DNA of 64,000 nt from Octopus bimaculoides (taxonomy: Eukaryota), in NCBI RefSeq assembly GCF_001194135.2, contig NC_068989.1, forward strand, positions 10,248,645-10,312,644, in the 5' to 3' direction. Under the pieces are notes generated by a model, which ran no database searches, had not been told where the DNA came from, and was given only the letters and a program-made list of their open reading frames with translations. Below are positions 35,956 to 49,177 of the stretch, in pieces (the stretch's first letter is position 1; each line of letters starts with the position of its first letter). Both the position numbers and the translations under genes were made by a program.

Positions 35956-36290
35956 CGATAACTTTTTATTGAAACATTTCAACTAAGAACTTCTACAATT
36001 AATTTTACCAAAATTTCAGTATTACTGAAGTAAGATATTTTACAACACATTATCCTTCTTACAACTTCTTAACAACCATTCAACTTGAATGGCCTCTTTT
36101 TTTTTTTTTTTTTTTAAGCATGACACCTAATTTTCACTCATGCAGACGATGACAGCTAATGTGACTTATACCCATGTGACCAAACTACAACAGCCAATGA
36201 ATGACAAAGCCTGAACTGAAGGGCAGAAGTGATAGTCTACAGTATAACCTAAATTTACATTTATCAAGAATTACGAAGACAAAATAAATT

Positions 36291-36454
36291 AGGCGCAGGA
36301 GTGGCTGTGTGGTAAGTAGCTTGCTTACCAACTACATGGTTCAGAGTTCAGTCCCACTGCGTGGCACCTTGGGCAAGTGTCTTCTACTATAGCCTCGGGC
36401 CGACCAAAGCCTTGTGAGTGGATTTGGTAGACGGAAACTGAAAGAAGCCCGTCG

Positions 36455-36509
<55 letters not shown>

Positions 36510-36746
36510 ATATATATGTGTGTGTGTGTATATATGTTTGTGTGTCTGTATTTGTCCCCCCAACTTCGCTTGACAACCGATGCTGGTGAGTTTACGTCCC
36601 CATAACTTAGCGGTTCAGCAAAAAGAGACTGATAGAATAAGTACTAGGCTTACAACGAATAAGTCCTGGGGTCGATTTGCTCGACTAAAGGCGGTGCTCC
36701 AGCATGGCCGCAGTCAAATGACTGAAACAAGTTAAAGAGTAAAAGA
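36291..36746 (+). mobile_element. SINE family A, full length reference copy
   Basis: AGGCGCAGGAGTGGCTGTGTGGTAAG (A box), GGTTCAGAGTTCAGTCCC (B box), CORE-like GGCACCTTGGGCAAGTGTCTT, (TA)n/(TG)n hinge, 3' half ending GAAACAAGTTAAAGAGTAAAAGA. Confidence 0.95.
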
Positions 36747-37329
36747 ATCTTTATTCCACCAATCCTGAATTTTTGCTTTTTGATAGAATTGAAACTTATT
36801 ATTTTCTTTGTCAGAAACTAATAATGCCAAATTCATTCACTAAGTTCCTCAACCAAACACAAATTCTTTCTATTAGTTCCTATTTATTTATTTATTCATG
36901 CTGCAATTTGTGAACAATAGTACAGATGATAACAGGTTTCAAACAGGCTAATCATTGGTTTTACTGAATTTCTTTATAATAAGAATGGATTATCAGTGAA
37001 GCATTACAATGAAACTGAGAGAAAGATTAATAAATCTATAAACCACAATGACCAAATTGCTTAGACTTATGACAAAACAAATGACTGCTTTATAAGGAAA
37101 CATACATCTGTAGTATGAAATTAGAATTTCCAAATTAACATATGAACAATCCTCACAGTGATGATTAGGTGAACTTATGCAAACTACCACAGCATTGCTA
37201 CCACTGTCACTACCACCCTTGTTTTCCCATGTTTGATATGATCTCTTTTCCATTTCCTTCTTGTGCTTTGTTGTCCAAACACACCAACACCGCACATGTT
37301 TCACTACTCTTCCACATCACACTTCATAC

Positions 37330-37960
37330 ACAAGGTTTTGTTGCCAGTATAGGTCATGACTCTGAACTTTTTCCACCCCAGTTTTACTCTGGTTAACCTC
37401 TCCTTCATTGGACACTGAACTCGGCTTGCGAAGACCTGTTGGGGCAAATGAAATCAAAGTCGTGATGGCACCTGTACAAACTTCTACAGTTATCCAATGA
37501 GTAAAAAACACCAGTGATGCACAAACCTGAACTGTATCTCATCTAAGCTAATTTTCTTAATTCGTTAGTCATACTATAATGTCTTCTGTTATATTCATAA
37601 CTTGACCCATTAGTTTGATGTTTCCCTTCTAAGATGTTTCTTCTCCTTTGCCCTTTGTAACAGTTAACAATGATACTGATATGCCAGTCACTAGGAGTGA
37701 CTCTTTCCTGTATTTCTCCCTTAATTATGCCAGCAATTAACAGGTGTCCTGCTTCACCATTTTTCACTATCTCAACAACTATCTTTCATGGTCCAGTTGC
37801 ATTCTCTGTCGTTATAACCTTAATAGCCATTTTAATCATATAGCTCCTTGGGGTAGTCCCACTCTCGGCTATGCATTCTCTTTATTCAGCAACCTCTCAC
37901 TGTAATATTCTCATATCTCTTTCTTGAAGGTATCATTGAGCACATGTGATAACTACATAC
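37330..37960 (-). mobile_element. RTE-clade LINE, decayed reverse transcriptase fragment
   Basis: Minus strand reads KKEI*EYYSERLLNKEN, IKMAIKVITTENATGP*KIVVEIVK and EIQERVTPSDWHISIIVNCYKGQ, matching RTE motifs (HYERLLNEEN; KAPGPSGIVAEMLK; PNDW..SIIVNCYKGKG). Confidence 0.88.
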
Positions 37961-40299
37961 AAACTTTTCACCATTGAAATCCTGATTCACACTGATATTC
38001 CGCTTTCGAATTCAGAACATTGGAACATTCTGATTCTCACATTACAGAACACTGACAATCACTTATTTTCTACTTCTCTCTTTCTCTCTCTCTCTCTCCC
38101 CTCACCCCCTATGTACCATGCCTATAGACATCAACAATCATGGGCCTCCATGCCAAAGTTTAAAAATCTACGATTTTTCTAAAGACAGATACACCAATGG
38201 TTTCCTGTTACTTTCTGCTAGTCCTCTGCTTTCTAAAGTTTACCCTTAAGACAAAGAGCCTATTTCACTCTTAGACAAGAGAACTGCTTGACATGACTTC
38301 AGAGGATGTTCACACACTGGTGACCCTGAGTGATACTTATTTAGGGGTCAGCCCTCATCCAAGAAGTGTATGCCTTAACCACAAGACCATCTTCTGCTGT
38401 TTTGCTATTTGAGCAATATCTAAGGCCCCAACAGGTACCGCCACCTCAGACCAGAGCAGAACTGGGAGTAGTGGTGACTAAGGAGTAACTCCAATACTTC
38501 CCACGAAAATTCCTGAACTCCCAGCCTGGGGCCTCGCCAGCTTGGGTACTTCCATATCTTGCCCAGGAATATTATGTTACTTGAATCAATCAATGAAGTT
38601 CAGAATTAATTCTCTGCCTAATAATTAGCATTATAGACCATTGAGAGATAAAACACACACTCTCACAAAAATCCCTGCTATTTTTCTCAATACACAGACC
38701 TGCTTAAATATTACTAGAGTATACATGAAAAACAACTTTTTCCGCTTACATCACAAAGCAAAGTACCATTAAACTGACCTACTGAATTGAAATCATAATC
38801 ACCATTATTATAAATTCAATACATCCCTGTACAGCCAGTAAGATATCTTAACCACTCAATAAACTTATTAACAATAAATATCTTTAGTAGAGAGATGACT
38901 CATTTTCTTTTAAGCCTTTGATCCAATAAAAGTATACATGAATCAGAAGTAATCACTAATATTTCATGAAAATCTATACAACTAAGGGCGGTTGTCTTTA
39001 CTAGCTTGCTTGTGACACACAGCTCTTTCAATATTTGTTTTTTTTAAATTTTTCATTGGTAACTACATGTGAACACAGTGGTATATAGAATACAGCCAAT
39101 TACATTAACTTCCCTCCGACCAGCTCTCATTTTTATCAACCAAAGAAGGACAGAAGACGAAAAGGACGTAGGCATAATCTGAGCTCAGCATAAGAGGGTG
39201 TAAACAAATACCACAAGCTATTTAGCTTGATGCTCTACAGATTCTGACAGTCTACCTGCAAATATTCTGAGCTCATCTGTTATGAGCAGCAAGTTTCAGT
39301 ATTCTTTCTTTCTCTTTCCTTTTTTTCATACATGATAATATTTCCAAAACATTTTTAAACGTGAAACCATCTTAATCCCAGCATTTAAGTTTGTTTACCT
39401 TAGCTATTTATTACTCCTACATGTATACTTTTAGCATGTTGCTTGTGAATGTAATAGCAGGCTGTTTGTCTGGTTACATGCACAGCTAACTCTAGTGCTA
39501 TTATGTGTTGTCTCTGAGACATGCAGTCTGATTTTTTTTTCGTTTCTCTATATAACTACATTTGACAGAAGCTAGACACAAACCCTACTACAAACACAAT
39601 GAGCCCAACGCAACGAGCTGGAGATGCTGGATACGCCTGCCCATTCTAGAGGTCATCTCTATTGTTTTCAATTAATTGTTTTGAAGCCATTGTCTGCATC
39701 GCTTCAATAACACAAAAAAAAACCAGTTCATTTCTCCCCCTCTTTCTCTCCCACTTCATTTTTTTTTTTCACCACTTCCTTCACAATTAGAATAGAACCT
39801 TCTGTGGAGCAGTTAGTTCTGCCTTGATTTTCCTATATATGTCTACAGAGATTATCAGATTTCTATTTCGAAGATGAAGACAGTGTTGGAGGAGGGTCAT
39901 ATGAAGCCCGGTAATTTGAGAACAGCTTCAACGCTGTAACACGATACAGAGGAGATGGGGAGAAAGAAACTGAATGAATATCCTAGTAGAACAATTCAAG
40001 CATCAACTTTAACCCTTCTTCTTTTATTATTCGCATGACCCTAGCTGTTCAATGAAATATTTTGTTTCCATGTAAATAAAATCCTGACAACCTCAAATTT
40101 AACACAGTTTTTAAACAACCTACATAGTCAAAACAGCCACAAAGGTTATGATCACCAAACAAAAAATATATAAAATTACATAATTACCAAGAGTGAATTA
40201 GAGAATGAACCGTCACTGTCAATTTGTAAAAGCAATTTAGAAGTAAACTAAATACCAAAGTTATTCCAAGATTCTAAAACTAAAATTCTAAAAATAATT

Positions 40300-40868
40300 T
40301 AGGATGCAGACATGGCTGTGTGATTAAGAAGCTTGCTTTGCAGCCACGTAGTTTCCGGTTCAGTCCCACTGCATAGCACTTTGGGCATGTCTTCTACTGT
40401 ATCCCAAAAACCAATCAATGCCTTGTGATTAATTTTGATAAAGGGAAACAGTGTAGAAGCCTATCGTGTGTGTGTGTGTGTGTGTGTTTGACTGCCAGTG
40501 TTGGTTTGTTTACATTACTGTAACACTAGTGGTTCAGCAAAAGAGACTGACAGAATAAGTAACTAAGTACCAAGTACTAAGGTTTGCAGGGTGTACAAAT
40601 GACTAAGATCACATTGTCTCTGAATGGGACGTCAGTCTAGTGCAGGGTCGCTCATTTAAGTTGAGTGGACTGGAGCAACATGACAGGAAGCACCACTCAA
40701 TCCAGGATATGAAACCAGGATCTTAAAACCACAGAGCTACATGCCTTCAAGATAGGATAAGCACCAGACTTCAAAATAAGTGCTGAGGTTAACTTATCCA
40801 ACTAAACATTTTCAACGCAGTACTCCAGCATGGCCACAGTCTGACAAGTGAAACAAGTAAAAAAGATA
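40300..40868 (+). mobile_element. SINE family A, old, interrupted by a minus-strand SINE E-like fragment (about 40600-40740)
   Basis: Head at 40300-40465, 3' half split after AATAAGTAACTAAGTACC and resuming at GATAGGATAAGCACCAG. Confidence 0.65.
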
Positions 40869-41399
40869 AATCAACCACAATTAATTTTTTTGTTATTAAA
40901 ACAATAACAACAGTAAATTATAATACATGAACCAATATCTTCAGCCTGTAGAACATCATCTGCCACAATGAGTAACCTAGAAACAATGGAATAACCAAGG
41001 TACTGAAACATTAAACGCACAACTCCCCCAAATTTGCGAGTTCAGATTTTATTACAAATGGCAAAATAAGATGCTTGGATTCAATATACTGGAATTAAAT
41101 GGAATTTTACTGGATCCAGCATGACAAAATTCCCAAAGGAACCTACCCAACAACTACTTGCAATTTATATTAAGAACAATTTAATAAGAACAAGAAAAAT
41201 AATTTCTAGCTTCACATTTGAGTTTAGCAATAATTTCACTAATTAATGTTTTGCTGTTGTCTTTTTTTTTTTTTTTTTTTTTAGGTTTAAATCTTTGGTT
41301 TACTTAATGTGCCATCTCTCTCAGGGCCAATGAATTACCACAGGGCATCATTTCTTAAAATGATAAATGCCACATTTGATGATGTATAAGGTTTTTTTA

Positions 41400-41976
41400 T
41401 GTTTTACTTGTTTCTGTCATTAGACTGTGGCCATGCTGGGGCACACCTCCAGTACTTACTTCTTTTTCAAGCCTTGTACTTTATTGTAGTTTTTGTTGAA
41501 CCGCTATGTTATGGGAACATTAACACACTAGCACCAGTTGTCAAGCGGTGATGGAGGATAAACACAGGCACAAGACACACGCATAGATATACAGGGTGGC
41601 CCAAAATTTAGGTTTACAGTTATCATGTAGGCACTTTGAATTTCTTTTAAAACATTTTATTACATTTATATTTCTATCTTACAATTAACTAAATTAGCAT
41701 AGAATAATGGTTTCATATTTCTTTTTTAATTAAGATCTAAACTGTTAATATATGAATGCGAAAGAGATAGTTGAATAACTGTAAACCTATATTTGGGCCA
41801 CCCTGTATATACTATAGTCTTCTTTCAGTTTTTGTCTATCAAGTCTACGCACAAGGCTTTGGTCGGCCTGGGGCTATAGTAGAAGACACTTGCCCAAGGT
41901 GTCACACAATAGAACCAGACCCAGAACCATGTGGTTAAGAAGCAAACTTTTAATCACACAGCCATGTCTGCGCCTA
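41400..41976 (-). mobile_element. SINE family A containing a mariner MITE in its hinge
   Basis: 3' half at 41400-41580 and head at 41815-41976. Confidence 0.85.
41592..41805. mobile_element. Tc1/mariner-type MITE (214 bp)
   Basis: TA|CAGGGTGGCCCAAAATTTAGGTTTACAGTT...AACTGTAAACCTATATTTGGGCCACCCTG|TA: ~29-bp TIR with TA TSD. Confidence 0.92.
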
Positions 41977-41999
41977 TAGATATACACAGCTACAGTGTA

Positions 42000-42373
42000 G
42001 GCGCAATGGCCTAGTGGTTAGGGCAGTGGATTCGTGGTCATAGATCGCCGTTTCAATCCCTAGATCGGGCATTGTGAGTGTTTATTGAGCGAAAACACAT
42101 AAAGCTCCACCAGGCTCCGGCAGGGGATGGTGGCGAACCCTGCTGTACTCTTCCACCACAACTTTCTCTCACTCTTACTTCCTGTTTCTGTTGTACCTGT
42201 ATTTCAAAGGGCCAGCCTTGTCACACTCTGTGTCACACTGAATCTCCCCGAGAACTACATTAAGGGTACACATATCTGTGGAGTGTTCAGCCACTTGCAC
42301 GTTAATTTCACAAGCAGGCTGTTCCATTGATAGGATCAACTGGAACCCTTGTCGTCATAACCAACCGAGTGCC
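42000..42373 (+). mobile_element. SINE family B, full length, more diverged
   Basis: Colinear with 11061-11459; lacks the (AAC)n tail and a clear TSD. Confidence 0.9.
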
Positions 42374-42902
42374 ATGACACAGGCACATCTGCACCAAAAA
42401 AAAAATGTACATGTTTCAAAAAATAATACATCTCAAAAAAGTCACCCCAGATCCTACATGGGAAGTTGGACCTCCCACAAGCTGTAATATATTAAAATCT
42501 TGTTTCTTAACTGATTATGTGCTGCTGAAACTGGGCTGTGTCTAATATGCTCGTATGTTTTTTATGCCATCAAATACAGTACATGATTTTACTAGTTGTA
42601 TTATTACTGCATGCTTTCACCGCTTAACTGAGCAAAGCCTTGTGTGTCCCTTAGGTATGTACAGTGTTTTTATTTTCATCATTGTATTAATAGTGCTCTA
42701 CATGTGTTACAATCCCAGGTGGTGCTATTTTGGTGTGTGATTAAATGCAAGAATTTAAGATACGTATTCATGTCTCTTAATAATTTTGGTTCTTATATGC
42801 TTTTTGGTTTTTGAATAAGAGGTGGAGATCGTTATTGCTTCCTTCTTATTTCCAGATATTTTTATATATTCAACCCTCAAGCATTCAGACTACTCCAAAT
42901 GT

Positions 42903-43111
42903 ACTCTCTTTTACTCTTTTACTTGTTTCAGTCATTTGACTGTGGCCATGCTGGAGCACCACCTTTAGTCGAGCAAATCGACCCCAGGATTTATTCTTTG
43001 GAAGCCTAGTCTATCGGTCTCTTTTGCTGAACCGCTAAGTTACGGGGATGTAAACACACCAGCATCGGTTGTCAAGCGATGTTGGGGGGACAAACAGACA
43101 CACAAACATAT

Positions 43112-43165
<54 letters not shown>

Positions 43166-43320
43166 GACGGGCTTCTTTCAGTTTCCGTCTACCATATCCA
43201 CTCACAAGGCTTTGGTCGGCCCAAGGCTATAGTAGAAGACACTTGCCCAAGGTGCCACGCAGTGGGACTGAACCCAGAACCATGTGGTTGGTAAACAAGT
43301 TACTTACCACACAGCCACTC
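42903..43320 (-). mobile_element. SINE family A, full length
   Basis: Reverse complement of the reference copy with a long (TA)n hinge. Confidence 0.93.
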
Positions 43321-44232
43321 CGACGTGATTGCTTATTTTTAGAATGACATTGTAGAGTAGGTGCAAGAGGCTAAATAAATCTGGTCAGTTTGAACATAGA
43401 ACTGGTAGAATATTTTGACCTATTTAAACGCTAAAGGACTAAATAATTCCTCCATTTCTTTTAGACGGGCTGTCAGCAACTGCTATTGGAATATTATTTA
43501 GCAGCTATTATCTTTAATAAGGATAAAACTGAGGATATTCTTTAAGAGGAGGGGGGTTAATGTATGTAATTTAGGGCTTCGTATTTCTGGATTTGAATCT
43601 TTCCAAGTAACAGAAATAACAAGGGAGACAGGAGAGAAAAAAAATTGGAAAAGGAGATGTTTAAAGGAGTGGTGAAAGAGAAAGAAAGAGATGAAAAATA
43701 GGAGGCAGGGAGGGGAGGGGAGGGAAACTTTGCTAGTTTGCTTTAAATGTCTCTAACAATGTTCTCTATGCAATTTTATATTTTGTTTCTTGACCCAGTT
43801 TGGTAGAATCGGTCAAAATAACAACTGTTGCATGTTGTCCAACAGGGAGAGAGAGAGAGAGAAACCGAGATGAGAGAGAGGGGGGGTGAGAGAAAGTGAG
43901 AGAAAAAAAGAGAACGAAGGGTGGGGAGAGAAAGTATAAGGTTTTCTTATTAAATAGGTCTTCCTTCAAATAGATGACTATAGGGAATCTTTTCTTCCTC
44001 TTCCTCCACACCAGAGTCCTTTACAGCATGCACACACACACACACACAAACCACATATACACACAGCTATCTGAGTGGCCAATTAGTCTGTGGCATTTCT
44101 GGTTATTATTCCAGTTAAAATGTAAAACTGGTAAGGAAAGCTCATAACACCACCAACTGTATGTATTCAGAATTTGTTTATTTATTTTTTTTTTTTGACA
44201 TAGTAAATAAAGATAAACAATAGCCACACACC

Positions 44233-44273
<41 letters not shown>

Positions 44274-44335
44274 TCGTGCGTGTGAGTGCACTCGAGAAAC
44301 CAATTTCCAATGTCAGTGTTTAAAGTGACAGACAT

Positions 44336-44377
<42 letters not shown>

Positions 44378-45464
44378 ACAACTGCACTCCAAAGATCACA
44401 ATGCTTGTGCCAACATACACAAGCATAGTAAATTATGCATACAGAGGTACATCATCATCAAACATCTCTCTTTCATACTAACAGGAGTTGGAAGGGTGCG
44501 ATAGGACCTGACAAGCTGGTGGGCTGCATCGAGCTCTGATATCTGCTTTGGTATATTTTCTATGGCTGGATGCCCTTCCTGACGCTAACCATTATCCAGA
44601 ATGTACTGTGTGCTTCCCCCACCTCCACCCACATGGCACTGGTACTAATGAGGTCGCCATGAAACTCACAAGACTAAAATGGCCCCATAACCGAATTGGG
44701 GAGGGAAATGGCTTTATGCCAAGAGTTGAGAAGCGAAATAATGAAAGAGGGACAGACCCAGGTGTCTTACTATACATGAGATATATATATAACTAACCTG
44801 CATAATATAAGAATGGGTGGGAGTAGCTGGGAAAGGAAACGAGTCACGTGTGATGAGGTGTAATGATGGTATTTTATCTGGTCTCCGAAAGTTATAATAA
44901 TTTTATCAATAGACAAGTTAGCTAGCTTCATTAAAAATGCTAGCTAGTGATAGAGACCATGGATGTGCTCACATATATATAAATAAATTCATATATACAT
45001 AAACTCTAACACTAATTTATAGATATAAAATTAGTATGAAATTTCTCCAATTTCACAAAATTCCATTATTCAAAATCAGACCATAATTAACCCTTAAAGC
45101 ACTCAAATTCCTCTGTCAAATGTAATGCTTATTTATTCACATTGTTTTGAAGTAATCAAAAACACAAGGACACATACAAACACAAGTTTACACAACAGGC
45201 TTCCACACAGTTTCCATCTCCTGAATTTATTCACAAGGTATTGGACGGGATGGGCTGAGGGGGTTGTAGTAGAAGACACTTGCCCAAGGTATCACACACT
45301 AGGACTGAACCCCAAACCACATGGTTGTAAAACAAGCTTCCTAACCATATAGCCGATCCTGTAGCTACCACACACACTTTAAATAAATTATTCATCTATA
45401 AACACTTCATTAACTGTATCTGGTTTGCAAGATTTTTAATGTGAAATGGTGTGTTGAAACAAAC

Positions 45465-45731
45465 TTTGTTGTATCTGGGGAGAGTCATACTGCCTTGATA
45501 TCTAACACGCTCACCAGTTCAATTACCATTCATTTATTATTTATGTATTTCCCTTTCCAAAATTTTCGTTGCTTTTGTAACCTTGTCAATGGAGAGTTGA
45601 CATCTATTGACAAGGTTACAAAAGCAACGAAAATTTTGGAAAGGAAAAAATATAAATAATAAATGAGTGGAAATTGAACCGGTGACTGTGTTAGATATTA
45701 AGGCAGTATGACTCTCCCCAGACACAACAAA
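45465..45731. repeat. Long inverted repeat / foldback element (two ~126-bp arms, 15-nt spacer)
   Basis: 45465-45590 is the reverse complement of 45606-45731 with roughly ten mismatches; the ORF track shows near-identical peptides on both strands. Confidence 0.95.
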
Positions 45732-45749
45732 ATTATCTATAATATGTAA

Positions 45750-45975
45750 CCCTTTCGATACCAACCTAGTTGAAATTGCCTCTGGTTTTGTAGTACAAAT
45801 GTCTTGGTTTCATAAGTTTTGAATTAAAATCTTCCACCAACCTTTAGTCACAATTTATGTTACTAATACTAGCTTAATGATAACTAAGTTATTTTACTAA
45901 ATTCTTTGTTATATTTAAAATTAATTGAAAGAAACACAGAGCATCTCAACAGAAATACGGTAACACATGGGTTAA
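45750..45975 (+). mobile_element. TTAA MITE family 1, monomer
   Basis: CCCTTTCGATACCAAC...ACGGTAACACATGGG|TTAA; colinear with the 31074 units; no spacer. Confidence 0.88.
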
Positions 45976-46332
45976 TAACATTAATTTTAATAGATCGTAT
46001 TTAATAAGGAATGAACAATATATATGTGGGACTATCATCAGTGTGCAGTGTTCCCATTTCCATTCCATATTAGATAATGAGGACAAATATTTGACCCAGT
46101 ATTTTAATACAGGAATGAAAACAAAGGGAAATTTATATTTCTCTACATATGTTGTTCGTATTTGAATGTTTTGCTCTGCCAACAATTGCAGCCACAAATA
46201 CTTACAGAAATTGAAGTGGTATGTTGTTTTGTGTAGTGTACAACCCATAGCTTTTCCAGTATGTGGCATGAGGGGGAGGGGTTATTGTGCAAGCATTCAT
46301 AAAAACAGCCAAACATAAACTGAAAGATTACT

Positions 46333-46373
<41 letters not shown>

Positions 46374-46440
46374 GAATACTCTTTACATTTACTCTCGTCC
46401 CTTTCACCTAGCCTTTCTCACATTTCTGCTGTCAATGCTC

Positions 46441-46481
<41 letters not shown>

Positions 46482-47217
46482 TTCTAGCAGAGGAAAGTGT
46501 AGAATTGTGAGGTCTCTTCAGCCTTGTCCCAACAAACACTTGTCAACAACTCTTGTGCTTGGTGCCATGAAACAATACACTCTCTATACTCCTGTAAAGT
46601 GGTTGGCAATAGGAAGGACATCCCACTATAGAAAACAAGTCAACTGACACATATGAAGTACCAATCTAAGTACCAGCATGAAAAGCAGATGCAAAATGGT
46701 GGTGGTGTGGATGGTAATGATAGCAGGGGTGGTGGTGGTGGACGTAGTGGTAATGGTGGTGGATGTAGTGGTAATGGTGGTGGATATGGTGGTAATGATG
46801 GATATATTAGATGAGGGGAATAATAAACTTGTACAATAGAAATTATTTCATTTACTCAGCTAAAAATAATAATGATTGAAACAAATATGGAAGGAATTGC
46901 TTCAAAAAAGAAATCATTAGAATTAATTAAAAGGAAACGATATTTCTATTAGCTTGTCACTTAAAAAAACTAAATTAATTGATAATGCTCAACATTTGGC
47001 AAATGCTTTATTCCAATTGACAATAAATACACTAAAGGTCAACTAATTTTAATTAATATATGGAGCTTTCCATCTTTAAACTTTTCCAGTTTTACAAATA
47101 TGAGGAAAATAAAAATAAACATTAACCACTCATTTATAAACCAAATAAAGACGCTGGGCTTCAGTCATCAGCATCATAATATCCAATTTTCCATGCTTGC
47201 AGGAGTCAGAAGAAGAC

Positions 47218-47284
<67 letters not shown>

Positions 47285-47579
47285 CGCAACACATATGACA
47301 GGCTTCTTTCAGTTTCCATCTACTAAAGCCAATCACAAGACTTTGGTTGGCCTAAGTCTATAGCAGAAGAGACTTGCCCAAGGTGTCATGCAATGGGATT
47401 GAACCTGGAACCATGTGGTTAGGAAGCAAACTTCTTATCACACAACCTCACCTGCACCAGTACGTTTATTAACTTATATCTTTACATCAAAGATAAAAGA
47501 AAATCTAATTTTCTAATCACAATCATTATTTTACATCCACAATTTCCAATGCTGGCATTGATTGGACTATTAATATCAT

Positions 47580-47830
47580 TATCGTCATTATTTTACATCC
47601 GTTTTTCTATGCAAGCATGGATCGGATGGAATTTGTTGAGGCAGACTTTCTACAGTTGGATGCCCTTGCTGTTGCCTACCCTCAAGCGAAGTAATATTTC
47701 CCTGTGACCAGACATGTTTTCCATTGAAGACTGAAAATAAACAACACTGCTTGTATGATGGTGATGCTCATTTACAACCATCATACCATCACATGATTCA
47801 AAGACAAGGGTACACACACACACACACATA
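47580..47830 (-). mobile_element. Variant D' body (family A2 3' half)
   Basis: TTTCTATGCAAGCATGG..GAGGCAGA.TTTC..GATGCCCTT..GAAGACTGAAAAT..CATTTACAACCATCAT; homologous to 52845-53080. Confidence 0.7.
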
Positions 47831-48394
47831 CCAACATATGCATATATATGTGTGCATGTACACATGCATCCTCATCCATATTTAATATAATTAATAAATC
47901 CTTTCTGAGATAATTTTTCTCTTAATTGTTGGCAGTATTAAGTTAAACATGGCCTTGGCCAAAGTTTATCTGAGTTTCAAATAATTACTCTATTTGAAAC
48001 AGAAGAGAACTGAATTTGATATCAGTAATTATAGATCAATATTCTTAGTCAACAGCTAGATCTTATCCCTTAATAGGATTTTCATTGAAATAAATGAGTC
48101 AATAAGAAAACATTATTTAGATATCTGTACGTCAAATTTAATGCAGATATATTGCAAAAAGGTAAATTAAGTGAGGTGTTCATTTGGAGATAACATTTCT
48201 TATGGACATACTGTGTTAAAATTACTAAAATATAACAGTAGCAGAAGAAAATTATCCAGCAGTGGCAGTGAAGATAATAGATGCACATTTCTGCCTTATT
48301 TGACTGCATCAGTGATATAGAGCCAGTTTCCTGGTTTCTCCGGTGTATATAATTTTCCTTGGACAGGACACCTGTCTATCAGAGGAATAATCAT

Positions 48395-48535
48395 TTGTAA
48401 CAACAGAGTGAACTCAAGCAACATGAAATGAAGTGTTTTGCTCAAAAACACAAGGAATTGCCTGGACCAGGAATCGAATCCACAATTTTATGATTACGAG
48501 TCCAACACCCCAACCACTAAGCCATGTGCCTCCAC
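48395..48535 (-). mobile_element. SINE family E, 5' part
   Basis: GAAATGAAGTGTTTTGCTCAAAAACACAA..GGAATCGAATCC..CCAACCACTAAGCCATG. Confidence 0.75.
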
Positions 48536-49144
48536 TATCATCTGTAAGCTAAGAAAAAATCCATTACTACTGATATAGGAAAAGGAGACTGAAAAATCAC
48601 TGATGTTGCAATTAGCCAGCAAGCTGAATAAAAACCCATTTTGTGCAACAGAAGCAGTATTACATTAAAATAGCCATCTGTGTATTACACATCACATTTA
48701 TTTAAAAAATTTTCTTTGATGTGACCAGTTAACTTTATACACATCATGCTTTAAGGCATTTCACTAAAAATACTTGATTCTGAGTAAATACAAAAACGTA
48801 TGTGGTATATGTCAACATATAAAAGGCATTTGATACTGTAAAAATAAATCCACCTACACAATTATGATACAAATGGAAACGTATTGGGATGGCTCAAAGG
48901 CAACTAATAAAATACGAGGCAATTCACATAAGTATTGCACTATGATTCCAAATATAACTATATACATATACAATGGTATAAGAATCAGTCTTGAATCTTA
49001 TACAAATAATGTTTATAAACAACTTTTTTTTTTTTATTAATAAACTGTATAACATATATTATTGCTTAACTGATTATACAAATCTGATACAGCATAACAC
49101 AGGACTCATTTGTATAACAGAAATTACAACAAAAATTCACAATA

Positions 49145-49177
<33 letters not shown>

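Noticed and set aside
42635-42660. + strand AG|GTATGT recursive-like motif
   Set aside because: Weak pyrimidine tract, on the strand opposite the inferred transcription, and expected by chance at this length.
43708-43724. G-quadruplex motif GGGAGGGGAGGGGAGGG
   Set aside because: The motif is real but lies in a generic purine-rich low-complexity tract with no functional context.
46689-46814. Gly-rich ORF MQNGGG..GGGCSGNGGGYGGNDGYIR with a 21-bp x3 repeat
   Set aside because: Starts exactly at the 3' tail of a family D fragment; best explained as a (GAT)n tail drifted to (GGT)n.
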